Below are positions 1-13,955 of a stretch of 64,000 nucleotides of DNA, piece after piece. Every line of letters starts with the position of its first letter. Positions within the stretch are counted from its first letter, which is position 1. The stretch comes from Octopus vulgaris. Taxonomy: Eukaryota. The position numbers were made by a program, and so were the translations under genes. The notes beneath the pieces were generated by a model. The model worked only from the letters and a program-made list of their open reading frames with translations, searched no databases and was not told the origin of the DNA. The stretch spans positions 48,794,001 to 48,858,000 of the forward strand of contig OX597832.1 of NCBI GenBank assembly GCA_951406725.2. The letters are read 5' to 3'.

Positions 1-1299
1 AGTAGGTAGTGGTATCTAGCACCGATGTTACAATGAGCTTTCAAGTGCATCTAACAACATGACATTACACTTTGTCAAAAGATAAGCAGCCTTAATGCGA
101 AGAGAAGTTAAGTGTTACGGGTGGGTAAAACGAGATAGGTGGGAGGCACTGCATTAAAAACTCAAAGGGATGAGAGGAATGTTACGGTTTTGGAGATTGG
201 AGCTCGGAGTAAATAAATAAGCTTAGTTTTCTTTTTACACTATTCAGTTAGAGAAGGCAGGCTCCTTATTATTATTTTTTTGTATCGTATTGTTTATTTT
301 TATTCTTTTTTGTGTAAGTTTTCTTTCATTTTTTATTATCTTGTAGATGATAAAATATCAGATGAGAAACCTAACTGTTGTTTGTGATAAAACATAAAAC
401 AGAGACCAATAAAAAAAAGCCCCGAATACTTTTATGGATTCATATATCTTCATTCTCCTCTCTCCTTTTCTTACTTTGTCTCTCACTTAATCTTCTCCAC
501 TTGCTCTTTTTTGCTATCATCTTCCTGTCACTCTCGACGCGCCCACATATATGAAGTCCATTTAAAAATATTCGTGCAATTTATTAAACACACATTCTGA
601 TTTTAACAAACATTTTCATATATGGTATAACATAACATGCATATGCAAGATATCATTAATTTAGGAGTTCACATATATCATTAAAGTAACATGAAAAACT
701 TCAACCAATTGAGATTATCCAAGGAATCAGTAGCAAAAATATAAATTTTCTGTGTGACTAGACAAGACCTAAAATTCAACAAAAGAGAAAGGAAAACAAA
801 AGGAAAACCAGCTGGTTGAATTTTTTACCGCAAATGATAAAGGCAACGCAAATTAAAGTAAATTTGGTGTTTAAAGCTAATTGTTGAAAGCAACATAAGA
901 GGTTTCAGAATTATTAAATCTCTTCAGTGAATTAATTTCCTTGGTTGTTAAACTAACAGTGACCACTATGGACAGACGGAAATCTAAAACGTGGATTATG
1001 AATAACAGCAATACGGATTACGGAAAATAACTCAAGGCTGTATTACTATAAATAAGGCTAGACTTTAAATACCAGATTCACTCCATTCTACACTGACCAA
1101 GTTGTCTATGGTTTCTAAAAATTTCCATCAACTGATCCTATTCGAGTTATCCTACTTGGTCATTGCCTTTTGATTTTCAACACCGCCAGAGGGAGTCTTT
1201 GTGTCTTGGTAACTGATTGGATATTCACATGTGATTGAAATTTTTAATTTCCTATATTATATGTGTAACTCCCTCCCATATTTGTATTTCATATGAAGG

Positions 1300-1406
<107 letters not shown>

Positions 1407-1537
1407 TCATATACATATCTCAGTTATATAATTCTAAATTCAAATGAAAAGGTCTTGTTTGTTACTTAGAAGTTGGTCCCGTTGATATTGCTAGGAAACT
1501 CGAAAAAGAAAACCGACATAGCATACAGGTAAGAATA

Positions 1538-1569
<32 letters not shown>

Positions 1570-1904
1570 TATGTGTGTGTGTGTGTGTGTGTGTGTAAAC
1601 AGCATGGATCTTAGGCATGTCACATCGGCATCGGGTGACTATCCATTCTTTCAAGTAATCAATGCCGCTGCCAAGAACTTGTCATCAATACAATTATCTT
1701 CGTTGGATTAATGCAACGAAACACCCATTTGCAGTAGATCGTTGTCAGAGATCGAGAGAGGAAATTAAACTGATAATTAACCCGAGGATTATTTCTACAT
1801 AGGCCATGTCACACACAAGCAAACTAATTGTCATTAGACACAAACTATGATGCATTAAATCCAAACTGAGAGTCGTAAATCAAAAGATTTGGCATTGCAA
1901 TAAA

Positions 1905-2300
1905 TTAGAAGCCGGCAGAATCGTTAGGACGCTGAACAACATGCTTTGCGGTATTTCGTCTGCCGCTACGTTCTGAGTTCAAATTCCGCCGAGGTCGACT
2001 TTGCCTTTCATCCTTTCGGGGTCGATTAAATAAGTACCAGTTACGCACTGGGGTCGATGTAATCGACTTAATCCGTTTGTCTGTCCTTGTCTGTCCTCTC
2101 TGTGTTTAGCCCCTTGTGGGTAGTAACGAAATAGGTATTTCACACGTCGTTACGTTCTGAGTTCAAATCCCGCCGAGATTGACTTTGCCTTTCATCCTTT
2201 CGGAGTCGATAAATAAAGCACCAGTAGAGTACTGGGAGTCGATGTAACCGACTTAATCCCTCCCATTAAGTTTCAGGCTTTAAGACTATAGAAGAAAGGA
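1905..2300 (+). mobile_element. SINE family A (tRNA-like head plus ~180-bp body, dimeric)
   Basis: Head 'ggcagaatcgttag' with B-box-like 'ttctgagttcaaattcc'; core 'gtcgactttgcctttcatcctttcggggtcgat' occurs twice; more than ten related copies in the window. Confidence 0.85.
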
Positions 2301-2336
2301 TTATAATAATTTGGAAAAACCGAGGATGACCAGGGA

Positions 2337-2416
<80 letters not shown>

Positions 2417-2559
2417 TGCAATACAATTTCTTATCGTCAACAGGTCCTGCTCTTTTTCAGATTGTTCATAAAAAGATCAAAGAGGAAAAGGATCCCATCA
2501 CCTTTAAACGCGGAATCTGGACAAATATCAACAAATATATATATATAGTTGAAATTTAC

Positions 2560-2745
2560 AGAAAAACAAAAGACGAAGACAGGTGTCTGAACAAGAAACA
2601 GCTGTATTAGTTCGACGCTCGGGAAAATGAGAAAGTATTTTACATTTCGAGCCGTCGCTCTTCAATTGAAAAGAAGAAGAGAAATCAAAAGAAAGAGAGA
2701 AAAAAAACTTCTGGATTTATCGATCAAGCATGGCGACATTTCTAC
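2560..2745 (-). mobile_element. Degenerate copy of Penelope-like small repeat (family also at ~37600 and ~44170)
   Basis: Reverse complement reads 'gaagagcgacggctcgaaatgtaaaatac...cccgagcg...ctaatac...cacctgtcttcgtcttttg', matching the other two copies. Confidence 0.6.
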
Positions 2746-2755
2746 ATATATACAC

Positions 2756-2809
<54 letters not shown>

Positions 2810-3852
2810 TTTATTTAAAGCAGCAGAAAATTCAACAAAACCTGTTACTCTGAGTCCCCTGCCCACGTGGTGAGTTGTAATGCAAAACATATTAGATAAA
2901 AGATGGAAGTTGCACAGAATTTACAAAACTCTTTCATTTAAAATATATTAACACTATGTAAACTGTGTGCATTTTCCTTCTTTTATTTTATATTTATATA
3001 TTCATGTGTGTGTGCCTGTACATACATATATAACGTACACGCGCACACAAAACACACACATAACACACATAACACACACACACACACATTGACTTAGATT
3101 GGGATTTGCATTGCCCATGCTCAGTGCAATGCATGACGATGTCCTCAGAATGTTCTCCCTGCCAATCACGATCTGATGTTGAGGCCGTGAATTTGAGCCT
3201 ACTCTGCCACACTAGTTCGTTGTAGCTTTAATATTCTTACCCAGAAGTAGTTAAGTTGATTACATCAACCCCAATGCTCTTTTATGGTACTTATCCTATT
3301 GACCCCGATAGGATGAAAGACAATGTTAATCTCAGTGGAATTTGAACTCAGAACGTAAAGACGGGAAAAATGCTTAGCGGCATTTCGCCCGGCGTGCTAA
3401 ATCAATCAAGGCACTGCTCCAGTACAGCCACACGTCCGATACTGAAGTAAAAGATACAAGATACATGTAGTACTTTTGGCTTGAAAGTACTTCTCTACAT
3501 TTACGAGGAGACAAACTGCTGAACAGGCAAAAAGAAATAAGTTTGAGACTGTACCAAACAACTCCTTATTAACAAAGCTGTATCAGTGACGGCTATTTAG
3601 TGTATGGCTAGGCTCTTTGTAAGGATGCTTGTAAATGCCTTTCGCTCGTGAATATAAGAATCACTAAACCTTGCAATGTTTCCACCTGTAACGGTCGATG
3701 AAGATTTACTGCGAGGTAGTTTTGCAAGATATGTAAAATATCCTGTTTGAGTTTCGTAGGAGAAAAACCTCAAGAAACTACATTTACACAATTAAAAATC
3801 TGCATAGGACTACATTTACATAGAAACTACATTTACACAATTAAAAATCTGT

Positions 3853-4110
3853 AGAGGCGCGTGGCTTAGTGGTTAGGATGTCAGCATCATGATCATAAGT
3901 TTATAGTTTCGATTCCTGGACCGAGCGACGCGTTGTGTTCTTGAGCAAAACACTTCATTTTACGTTGCTGCAGTTCACTCAGATGGCAAAAATGAGTAAC
4001 ACTGCGATGGACTGGCGTCCCGTCAAGGTGGGGAACACATACGCCATTGAAACTGAGAAACCGGGGCCATGAGCCTGGCTAGGCTTTAAATGGGCGAATT
4101 TATTTTATTT
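3853..4110 (+). mobile_element. tRNA-derived SINE with V-domain-like central region
   Basis: A-box 'tggcttagtgg', B-box 'gtttcgattcc'; central 'ctgcgatggactggcgtcccgtc' shared with 39609-39914; its 3' half recurs at ~4215-4330. Confidence 0.75.
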
Positions 4111-4854
4111 TAGGTGGTACTTGACAATGGTGTGGTGGCAACCAGGCAGTGGTAGTTTAGTGTTGGCTAGGTAATAGGTTGACACTGATTTAGTAGTAGA
4201 GAGTGCAGAGAAAGTGAGTAACGCTACGATGGACTGGCCTCCCGTCCAGCTGGGGAACACATACGCCACTGAAACCGGGAATCCGGGTCCATGAGCCTGG
4301 CTAGGCTTTAAAAGGGCGCATTTATTGTTTATTTATAGGACATGTACATACAATCAGATCTGTGAATTCATGTATTAAAGAAGTGTATAAACACACATTA
4401 CATGAATATGAAATATATGAACACATGTGCTTAAAATTACACCGAGACGAATACATTCAGACTTCCATCCATCCCTAGAAATACTGTTTCAAACGAAATA
4501 TAAAGGACCTTTTCGTTTGGTAGTGAACCAGTTTGCAATCGGGATAGTAGAGTTTAAATAAATCTCAAACATGAACCATACACACATGAACATATACTCA
4601 CATAGAAACATTTCAATACTGCGTGAAATACATGCATACAAATATATATACACTCTTAACAACGTATATAGATTCAAACAACATAGAACGAACATGAAAA
4701 GAAAAATCTATCACAAATCAAGAGGACACCAAACTCACCCCCTGTTTGTCCACATTAGATCTCTCTCTCTCTCTCCCTCACTCCTTCTCTCAACTCTTTC
4801 TCCCCCTCTTTCTCTTCCTATCTATATCTTATATCTTTCTTTATCATATATGTG

Positions 4855-4925
4855 AATACACACGTACACACGAATGTATAAGTACAGGTGCATATGTAAT
4901 ATATATGCATACATGCATGCATACA

Positions 4926-4959
<34 letters not shown>

Positions 4960-5063
4960 CATACATATATATATACATATATGTAAACACAAATATACAC
5001 ACGAATATATAAGTACAGGGGCATATGTAATATATATGCATACATGCATACATACATACATAC

Positions 5064-5095
<32 letters not shown>

Positions 5096-5161
5096 GTAAA
5101 CACGAATATACACACGAATATATAAGTACAGGGGCATATGTAATATATATGCATACATGCA

Positions 5162-5228
<67 letters not shown>

Positions 5229-5230
5229 GC
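4855..5230. repeat. Three-copy ~115-bp minisatellite with internal (CATA)n
   Basis: Unit 'cacacgaatatataagtacaggggcatatgtaatatatatgcatacatgcatacat...' repeated at ~4867, ~4997 and ~5111. Confidence 0.85.
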
Positions 5231-5599
5231 ATATATACATAAATACATATATACATACACGTATAATATATGTACGTATGCATGTATATACGCATGCACA
5301 CAAGCATGCAAATATGCAAACACACCATAAACCTGGAGAAGCGAAAATATCAGCATATCTTGTCACAAATTGCGAAGAGAATTACACAAGCATAAAGAGA
5401 AATTTATTAGTTATGTTCATATCAACAGTTTACACAAGCAGTGTCATAGACAAAAGAGCACGCGCGCACAGCCACACCCACAACCACATCCACTCACAGG
5501 CACACACACACATATATACATACATACATACATATATGTATGTGCGAGTGTGTGTGTGTGTAATTACATACACACACTCACACAGGGGCATAATCAGAC

Positions 5600-5610
5600 A
5601 CATATTAATG

Positions 5611-5664
<54 letters not shown>

Positions 5665-5667
5665 CAT

Positions 5668-5718
<51 letters not shown>

Positions 5719-5723
5719 CACAC

Positions 5724-5790
<67 letters not shown>

Positions 5791-5894
5791 TATACATATA
5801 TATAGATAGATAAACATATACATACGCATACACACACAGACACATATATATATGTAAGCATATATATGTATATATATATGTGTGTATATATATG

Positions 5895-5931
<37 letters not shown>

Positions 5932-5992
5932 GTATGTATATATGTATATATGTATGTATATATGTATATATGTATGTATATATGTATATATG

Positions 5993-6043
<51 letters not shown>

Positions 6044-6140
6044 ATATGTATATATGTATGTATATATGTATATATGTATGTATATATATATATGTATGTA
6101 TGTATATATATATATATATATACATACACATATATATATG
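5600..6140. repeat. Compound (TA)n/(TATG)n microsatellite (representative of dozens in the window)
   Basis: Direct inspection; source of the spurious YI/HT/CV-rich ORFs. Confidence 0.95.
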
Positions 6141-6748
6141 TATATACCTGTATGTTTATGTGTGCGTGCATGAGTCGATATGCATGACTGTGCATATAGA
6201 AAGATACCAACAGCCACTACACACACAACAACTAACATACACACACACACAAACAAACAAACAGACACAAGCACACACACACACACGCACACACACATAC
6301 AGACAGACACAATACACACCCAATATTAGGCAAGAACGATGGAAGAAAGAAAAAGATAACAAACACACGACGAAGATGTGCAAAGCAAAGCAAAGCAAAG
6401 CAATGCAACGCGCCATTGTTTGAGGCGAAACACTTCAGAGATAAGCGAAATAGTACATCAAACTGCCAAACAACATGTCAGAAGGCTTTACCGTCATTTT
6501 GTGAAGCAAGAAATTCTATTGCTTAATAATGTGTCTTCACAGCAACCGGATTATGAACATTTTGCTCTGTGGAGTGTATCGATGCTGCAATAAAAACACG
6601 ACAAATGCAAGTGTGTGTATGAGTGTTCGTGTATGTATGTATATGCGTATCTTCATTTTCATGTACATTTTTGCAGGGCCGCTAATGCGTGCGTAAGATT
6701 TGTCTGTGTATGTTTGCGTCTATAAATAAATAGATATATAAATAAATC

Positions 6749-6824
<76 letters not shown>

Positions 6825-6917
6825 TGTGTGTGTGTGTATTATATAATATGTATATATTTATATATACATGTGTATATATATATATGTATACATACACACG
6901 CACACACATATATATAT

Positions 6918-6948
<31 letters not shown>

Positions 6949-6978
6949 CATACATACATACATACATACATACATACA

Positions 6979-7053
<75 letters not shown>

Positions 7054-7166
7054 TTTTTCGGGGGTATAATGGTTCTGGAAACAATATTTACATGCAATTC
7101 TCTCTCTATATATATGTATACATATATATATTTATATATATATACATATATATATTTGTATATATG

Positions 7167-7198
<32 letters not shown>

Positions 7199-7614
7199 TG
7201 TGTTTATATATATATGTGTGTGTGTGTGTGTGTATATTTATACATATACATATATATATATCATATATAGAGAGTTGTATTATGTGGATGGGTTATGTAA
7301 CTTCCACGACGGGACACTCTCCTTTCTCTTTCTTTCGCCCCCTCCTCTCTCTCTCAGCCGGAGTTTTCCATGCTTTCAACACCTTCGACAGGTATCGCTT
7401 CATGTAGCGGTACTCAGCAACATGGATGCTGCTAGTTAACAGTCTTTTCCGCCTCCACGCGGTTTGCTTTAATTAGCCATACAGAAAGCATACCTTACCA
7501 GGTGTGCTGTAACCATATCGCCCACACCACCAACTGTTTCATTAAACTGTAATAGTAGTCGCGAGTGATTCTTTGTTCCCAATTTTGTTTCACAACACCT
7601 ACCCGCCACTGCTT

Positions 7615-8212
7615 ATGTTTTTTATTGCCCACAAGGGGATAAACAAAGAGGGAGCAAACAAGGAGAGACAAAGGGACTAAGTCGATTACATCGACTCCGG
7701 TGTGTAACTGGTACTTATTTAATCGACCCCGAAAGGATGAAATGCTAAGTCGACCTCGGTGGAATTTGAACTCAGAACGTAGCGGCAGAGGGAATACCTA
7801 TTTCTTTAATACCCACAAGAGGCTAAACGCAGAGAGGACAAACAAGGACAGACAAACGGATTAAGTCGGCTTTATCGGCCACAGTGCGTAACTGGTACTT
7901 AATTTATCGACTCCGAAAGGATGAAATGCTAAGTCGACCTCGGTGGAATTTGAACTCAGAACATAGCGGCAGAGGGAATACCTATTTCTTTAATACCCAC
8001 AAGAGGCTAAACGCAGAGAGGACAAACAAGGACAGACAAACGGATTAAGTCGATTTTATCGGCCACAGTGCGTAACTGGTACTTATTTAATCGACCCCGA
8101 AAGGATGAAAGGCAAAGTCGACCTGGGCGGAATTTGAACTCACAACGTAACGGCAGACGAAATACCACTAAGCATTTCGCCCAGCGTGCTAACGATTCTA
8201 CCAGCTCGCCGC
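7615..8212 (-). mobile_element. SINE family A, trimeric
   Basis: One head ('ccagctcgccgc' at ~8200) with three tandem ~180-bp bodies on the minus strand. Confidence 0.9.
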
Positions 8213-8490
8213 TTCTGCCATGCTGAAGCATTTTCTACTATTTTAGTGCTGTAGATAGTGAGTGTACTGCGGACAACCCTAGATTTAGCCGTCCGCACCA
8301 CATAGGACGCCCGCAAGTTTATGCAAGCTCAAACCGCAGAGCCAAAATCGTAGCTCGGAGCTAGTGTTCCACTTCCCCATTCATTTCGCTAATCACTGCT
8401 CTATTCTCCATTCTAAATACAATGCTGACCATGTAGCACACCGTATCCCTACCTCCAAATATACGACATCCCACTTGTACAAGAAGCACC

Positions 8491-8878
8491 GTGGAGGCGC
8501 AATGGCCCAGTGGTTAGGGCAGCGGACTCGCGGTCATAGGATCGCGGTTTCGACTCCCAGACTGGGCGTTGTGAGTGTTTATTGAGCGAAAACACTTAAA
8601 GCTCCACGAGGCTCCGGCAGGGATGGTGGTGATCCCTGCTGTACTCTTTCACCACAACTTTCTCTCACTCTTACTTCCTGTTTCTATTGCACCTGTATTT
8701 CAAAGGGGCCGGCCTTGTCACTCTCTGTGTCACGCTGAATATCCTCGAGAACTACGTTAAGGGTACACGTGTCTGTGGAGTGCTCAGCCACTTACACGTT
8801 AATTTCACGAGCAGGCTGTTCCGTTGATTCGGATCAACCGGAACCCTCGTCGTCGTAACCGACGGAGTGCTTCCATCC
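8491..8878 (+). mobile_element. SINE family C (tRNA-Arg-like head), tail type a, full length
   Basis: A-box 'tggcccagtgg', B-box 'ggtttcgactcc', TCG in the anticodon-like loop; 12-bp TSD 'acaagaagcacc' at 8479-8490 and 8879-8890; near-identical copy at 31710-32092. Confidence 0.92.
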
Positions 8879-9353
8879 ACAAGAAGCACCAAATAATACC
8901 CGCATCGTTGCACAGTGACAATAAACGATTCGTGATATTTTTAGCTTGCTTTTTTTCTTTCTACCTTATACAAGTATGTGCTCTTCCCACTGGCTGTATG
9001 GAGAATATCTCTTTTTATCGCATTGCTGTACCGTGTATTTAGATGGGCTGGTTCTTCTTTTCAGCAATTCTTTTCTGTGTACTTATTTATTTTGCCTTTA
9101 AGCCATTCATCGTCTGCTTCTATTTGGGTTGGCCTCTTCTTTGTATGAATACAGCTACCTCAAATCTGGCTCGACACATTCCATGGATGACAAAGATAGA
9201 CTTGCTTGTATCTCTAGATACCGATCTCTTTCAAACACACACATAAGCACACACAAATTCACAAACACACAGACAGAACACACAAGAGCATACACGAATG
9301 GAATAACATTTCAATACATTCATATAATCTCTCTCTTCCTCACTCTTTATTTC

Positions 9354-9416
<63 letters not shown>

Positions 9417-10083
9417 ATATATATATATATAAATAATCACACATACATATACACGCACACACACACACATATATATATGTGTAAGTGCATACTAATATAT
9501 ATATGTAAGTATAGATAGATACATATAGATCTATATGTATATATATATATATATGTATGTTTGTATGTATATATATATAAATATAAATAGATATACATAC
9601 ATATATATATATCTTTTCATATAGATTACGTACATATATATATATATATGTGTGTGTGTATATACACATATATGTATTTATATATATGTGTGTTGTGAGT
9701 GTGTGTGTGTGTATTCTCCAATGAAAATATATATATACATATATATGCTTATATATTGTAAATATAGTAGAAAATTTTATTTTGAATACCAGAAAGCAGG
9801 AATAGAGAATGTAGCATCTAATAACTGCATCAAAACCGGTGAATTGTCCATTGATATTATTATTACAACTGCCAGACAACCAGGATGCGTACCAACAATG
9901 CTACAGGTGTGTGTATGTGTGTGTGTATACGTGGTATGTATGCATGTACAATGACGAGGATTATGTTGATAAAATCAAACATATTCAGGTAGATTTAATC
10001 TGTATCCCTTGAAATGATGCATTTATGAATATATATATATGTATATATGTATGTATGTATGAATGTTTATGTGTATGTATATA

Positions 10084-10122
<39 letters not shown>

Positions 10123-10137
10123 ATACCCACACTCATT

Positions 10138-10197
<60 letters not shown>

Positions 10198-10628
10198 CAC
10201 ATGCACACACACATAAACACAAACACTCACATACACACACTTATGGGTGTGTATATGTATTCAAAAATAAGGAAGGAAAAAATCCTAATAGAAAAACATT
10301 ACATGAACAGACATGAAATATTAAATGAACAATGGGCGAGGTGTGATGAAAATACTTGATTGATTGAAACTTGGAGAAAAATATTGAAAAGAAAAAATGA
10401 AAAAATGAAAGATTAAAAAGATGAAGGAAGGAAAAAAATATTAGTAGTCGAAAAATATCGAAAAACTGAGGAAAATGATTAAAAAATTGAGAGAATGTAT
10501 AAAAAAGACGAGAAAGAAATATGAAGAAAATATATAGCAACTGGTTGGGAAAAATTGATAAAAATAGAGATATGCAGAAAAATAGAGGATGGAAACAGTT
10601 AAAAAAGATAACAAGAAAACTGGAGAAA

Positions 10629-10793
10629 GGCGTAGGAGTGGGTGTGTGGTAAGTAGCTTGTTTACCAACCACATGGTTCCGGGTTCAGTCCCACTGCGTG
10701 GCATCTTGGGCAAGTGTCTTCTGCTATAGTTCCGGGCCGACCAATGCCTTGTGAGTGGATTCGGTAGACGGAAACTGAAAGAAGCCTGTCGTA

Positions 10794-10841
<48 letters not shown>

Positions 10842-11075
10842 TGTGTGTGTATATGTTTGTGTGTCTGTGTTTGTCCCCCTAGCATTGCTTGACAACCGAT
10901 GCTGGTGTGTTTATGTCCCTGTCACTTAGCGGTTCGGCAAAAGAGACCGATAGAATAAGTAGTGGGCTTACAAAACAATAAGTCCCGGGGTCGAGTTGCT
11001 CGATTAAAGGCGGTGCTCCAGCATGGCCGCAGTCAAATGACTGAAACAAGTAAAAGAATAAAGAATAAAGAATAA
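10629..11075 (+). mobile_element. SINE family B (tRNA head, CORE-like 'cttgggcaagt', internal (TA)/(TG) microsatellite, LINE-derived tail)
   Basis: Head with 'ccgggttcagtccc', tail 'ggcggtgctccagcatggccgcagtcaaatgactgaaac' followed by (AAGAATA)n; many copies in the window. Confidence 0.9.
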
Positions 11076-11577
11076 AGTAAGACATTTTGAAAGAATCGAA
11101 CATGTTTTATAAAAAGCAGAGAGAAAAGAAAAAAATATATATACGTGAATAAATATTGAAGTCAGGAAATAAGAATTGCAGTATAGAGAATGAGAGAATA
11201 ACAGAATAGAGAAATTCAATAAAGGAGAAGGTATGATAATGTTACGTTGAATTTGAATCAGAATAAAATGGAGCAGAATGTGCTGGTGGAAAATAATGAA
11301 CGTAGAAATTATCACAGAAATACGGAAAAGAATATTTAATGAATTTTTCAAATGTGTGACGTAATGAAGGACTACAGTCAGTGGCAGAAAGGAAGAAGAT
11401 GATATATTATAATGAAATTATATTTGAATTTTATCAGGATTGATATAAGAATGAAAAAACACAGAGCTAAACTGCCCTATTTTAAAAAAAATTAGATTTC
11501 TGTTTATCACTTATATTAAAATAATAATCATTTTACGAAATTCTATAACAGTGTAAAAATTTTAGCTGTAAATTAAG

Positions 11578-11655
<78 letters not shown>

Positions 11656-11722
11656 ACGTGTGTGTGTATGTGTATGTGTGGGCGCGCGCGTGTGTATTTA
11701 TATTTATGTATATTAGTATATA

Positions 11723-12187
11723 CAGTGATTGAACAAAATAATGGGAACACCTAGCATCATAGCACCCTAATTTTGAAATATCTATAAAACCACCAAAAGC
11801 TTGTTTATTTTTATGGTTTTTCATTTATTATTAGTGTTGCTTAATATGTTTTGCTAAAATTGCTGTTTCTCTTCAGATATCATTACAAAAAGGTAATTAA
11901 AATTCATTAAAATGACACATCTATCAGATTTTCAAAGAGGCCAAATTGTTGGTGCTCGTATGGCAGGCGGTAGCGCAACGAAAACTGCCGAAATGTTTGG
12001 TGTATCAAGAGCTACTGTCTCCAAAGTAATGACAACCTTTGAGAAAGAGGTAAAGAACCCCTCGTCGAAACAAAACTCCGCAAGAAAACCAATACTTTCA
12101 GATAGGGACCGTCGAACTCTTACGTGAATTTTTAGTAAAGATCACAAAAGTACAGCTCCCAAAATTATTGCAGAGCTTAATGACCAC

Positions 12188-12190
<3 letters not shown>
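11723..12190 (+). mobile_element. Tc1-family DNA transposon, 5' fragment (TIR plus N-terminal HTH of transposase pseudogene)
   Basis: TA followed by 'cagtgattgaacaaaataatgggaacacc' terminus; ORF 11912-12127 'LSDFQRGQIVGARMAG..AEMFGVSRATVSKV..LSDRDRRTL' is a typical Tc1 paired-like HTH; in-frame stop, then truncation at (TA)n. Confidence 0.85.
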
Positions 12191-12242
<52 letters not shown>

Positions 12243-12289
12243 TACACACATACACACACACACACACACACACATACACAGAAGAAGTA

Positions 12290-12487
12290 CAATTCTATAT
12301 TTAAGAGATGAGGAATTATGTACATTATTTACATTATTTACATTTAACTGGTATTTGCCCTCATCTTGTTTGTTCTTAACACAACGTTTTGGCTGATATA
12401 CCCTCCAACCTTCATGAGGTGTCATGGGCCGTAGGAGTTAAGAGCGCGGGCTACTAACCCCAAGATTCCGAGTTCGATTCCAAGCAG

Positions 12488-12565
<78 letters not shown>

Positions 12566-12726
12566 GTAATAATAACATCGAAAAATACCTTGGGAATGAG
12601 GACCCAGTTCGAAATTTCCCCAAGACACCTGATGAAGGCTGGAAGGTATGTCAGCCGAAACGTTGAGTTAACAACAAACAAGATGAGGTTAAATATCCAT
12701 CAAATGTAAATAATGTAAATAACGTA
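12290..12726 (+). mobile_element. tRNA-headed element with hammerhead-bearing 3' module and upstream inverted copy of that module
   Basis: tRNA-like head 12426-12490 (B-box 'gagttcgattcc'), (AAT)n 12490-12575; inverted arms ~12321-12428 and ~12619-12726. Confidence 0.75.
12624..12669 (+). ncRNA. Minimal type I hammerhead ribozyme motif (Penelope-like)
   Basis: gacac-CTGATGA-a-ggctg-[10 nt]-cagcc-GAAA-cg-TT-gagtt; helix II GGCTG/CAGCC; palindromic ACGT helix III; the inverted copy supplies 'gtgtt' for a full helix I. Confidence 0.7.
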
Positions 12727-13391
12727 GAATAAGTACAAGTCTTATAAAATGTACTGGGGCTGATTCGTTCTACCAAAATTCTTCAAGGTCGTGTCCCAGC
12801 ATGGCCGCAGTCTAATGACTGAATCACACACAAGATAAAGGATATAAGGATATATATATATATATATACACATATAATATATTAATAAATAAAACATATG
12901 CATATATATGTACATATATGTACGTACCTACCTCTACATGTATATATACACGCATATATGAGTACAGGACATAAAAAAAAACGTCGAACACAATGAGAAA
13001 CGAAAACATAGACACAAACACAAGGAACTGGACATTTTTCTTAAACAACAAAAAAAGAGTACAGGACAAATAACACAAGGAAAAAAACCCTTCTTCAGTC
13101 GCCATGGTTTCATCTCCTCTACGTTTCGAAATATATATATATATATACACATATATCATTACTGGAGCAGCTTTGTGTTGGTATCTTGCATATAAGTTGA
13201 TATACTTACGATTTATTAACATTTATATTTAGGCCCGCTGTATAAATAACCTATATTTACACAGCGTGGCTGAATGTATCTTTATAAAACAATCGTGTGT
13301 ATCTTATTTTCATACATACATACACATAAATGTTCACCTTTGCCCGTGCACCAATACACACACAGACACAGACAGATACATACACAAACAC

Positions 13392-13464
<73 letters not shown>

Positions 13465-13608
13465 TACATAAATACGCGCGCACTCGCTCGCGCGCGGATG
13501 CGTACACAAGAAAAGCTTAAAAGACACACGTATGGATGTATATATATATTTCGTTTTTGGATTTGGTTTGCGAGATTCTTTATATGAGTTCGTGTGTTGA
13601 AGCATATT

Positions 13609-13748
13609 CTGTTGTGTCTGGGGAGAGTCATTCTCTTTTAGTACCTCATTATTTAATACAATCACCGGTAAAATTTCCATTTATTTCCTCTTTTTATTTT
13701 CCTAAAATTTTAGGTACTAAAAGAAAATGACTTTCCCCAGACACAACA

Positions 13749-13749
<1 letters not shown>
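13609..13749. repeat. 38-bp inverted repeat pair (36/38 match), 65-bp spacer
   Basis: 'ctgttgtgtctggggagagtcattctcttttagtacct' at 13609-13646 versus its reverse complement at 13712-13749. Confidence 0.85.
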
Positions 13750-13792
<43 letters not shown>

Positions 13793-13906
13793 ATATAGCT
13801 GTAGCGATATATTTATATGATATACATGTATTGGTGTATAACGGCAACATGTACAGTTAATGATACACACATACACACACACACATTATATATATAGAGA
13901 GAGAGG

Positions 13907-13955
<49 letters not shown>

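Noticed and set aside
8491-8570. tRNA-Arg-like sequence as a real tRNA gene
   Set aside because: There is no proper acceptor stem, and it continues into a SINE body with TSDs; the same applies to the other heads.
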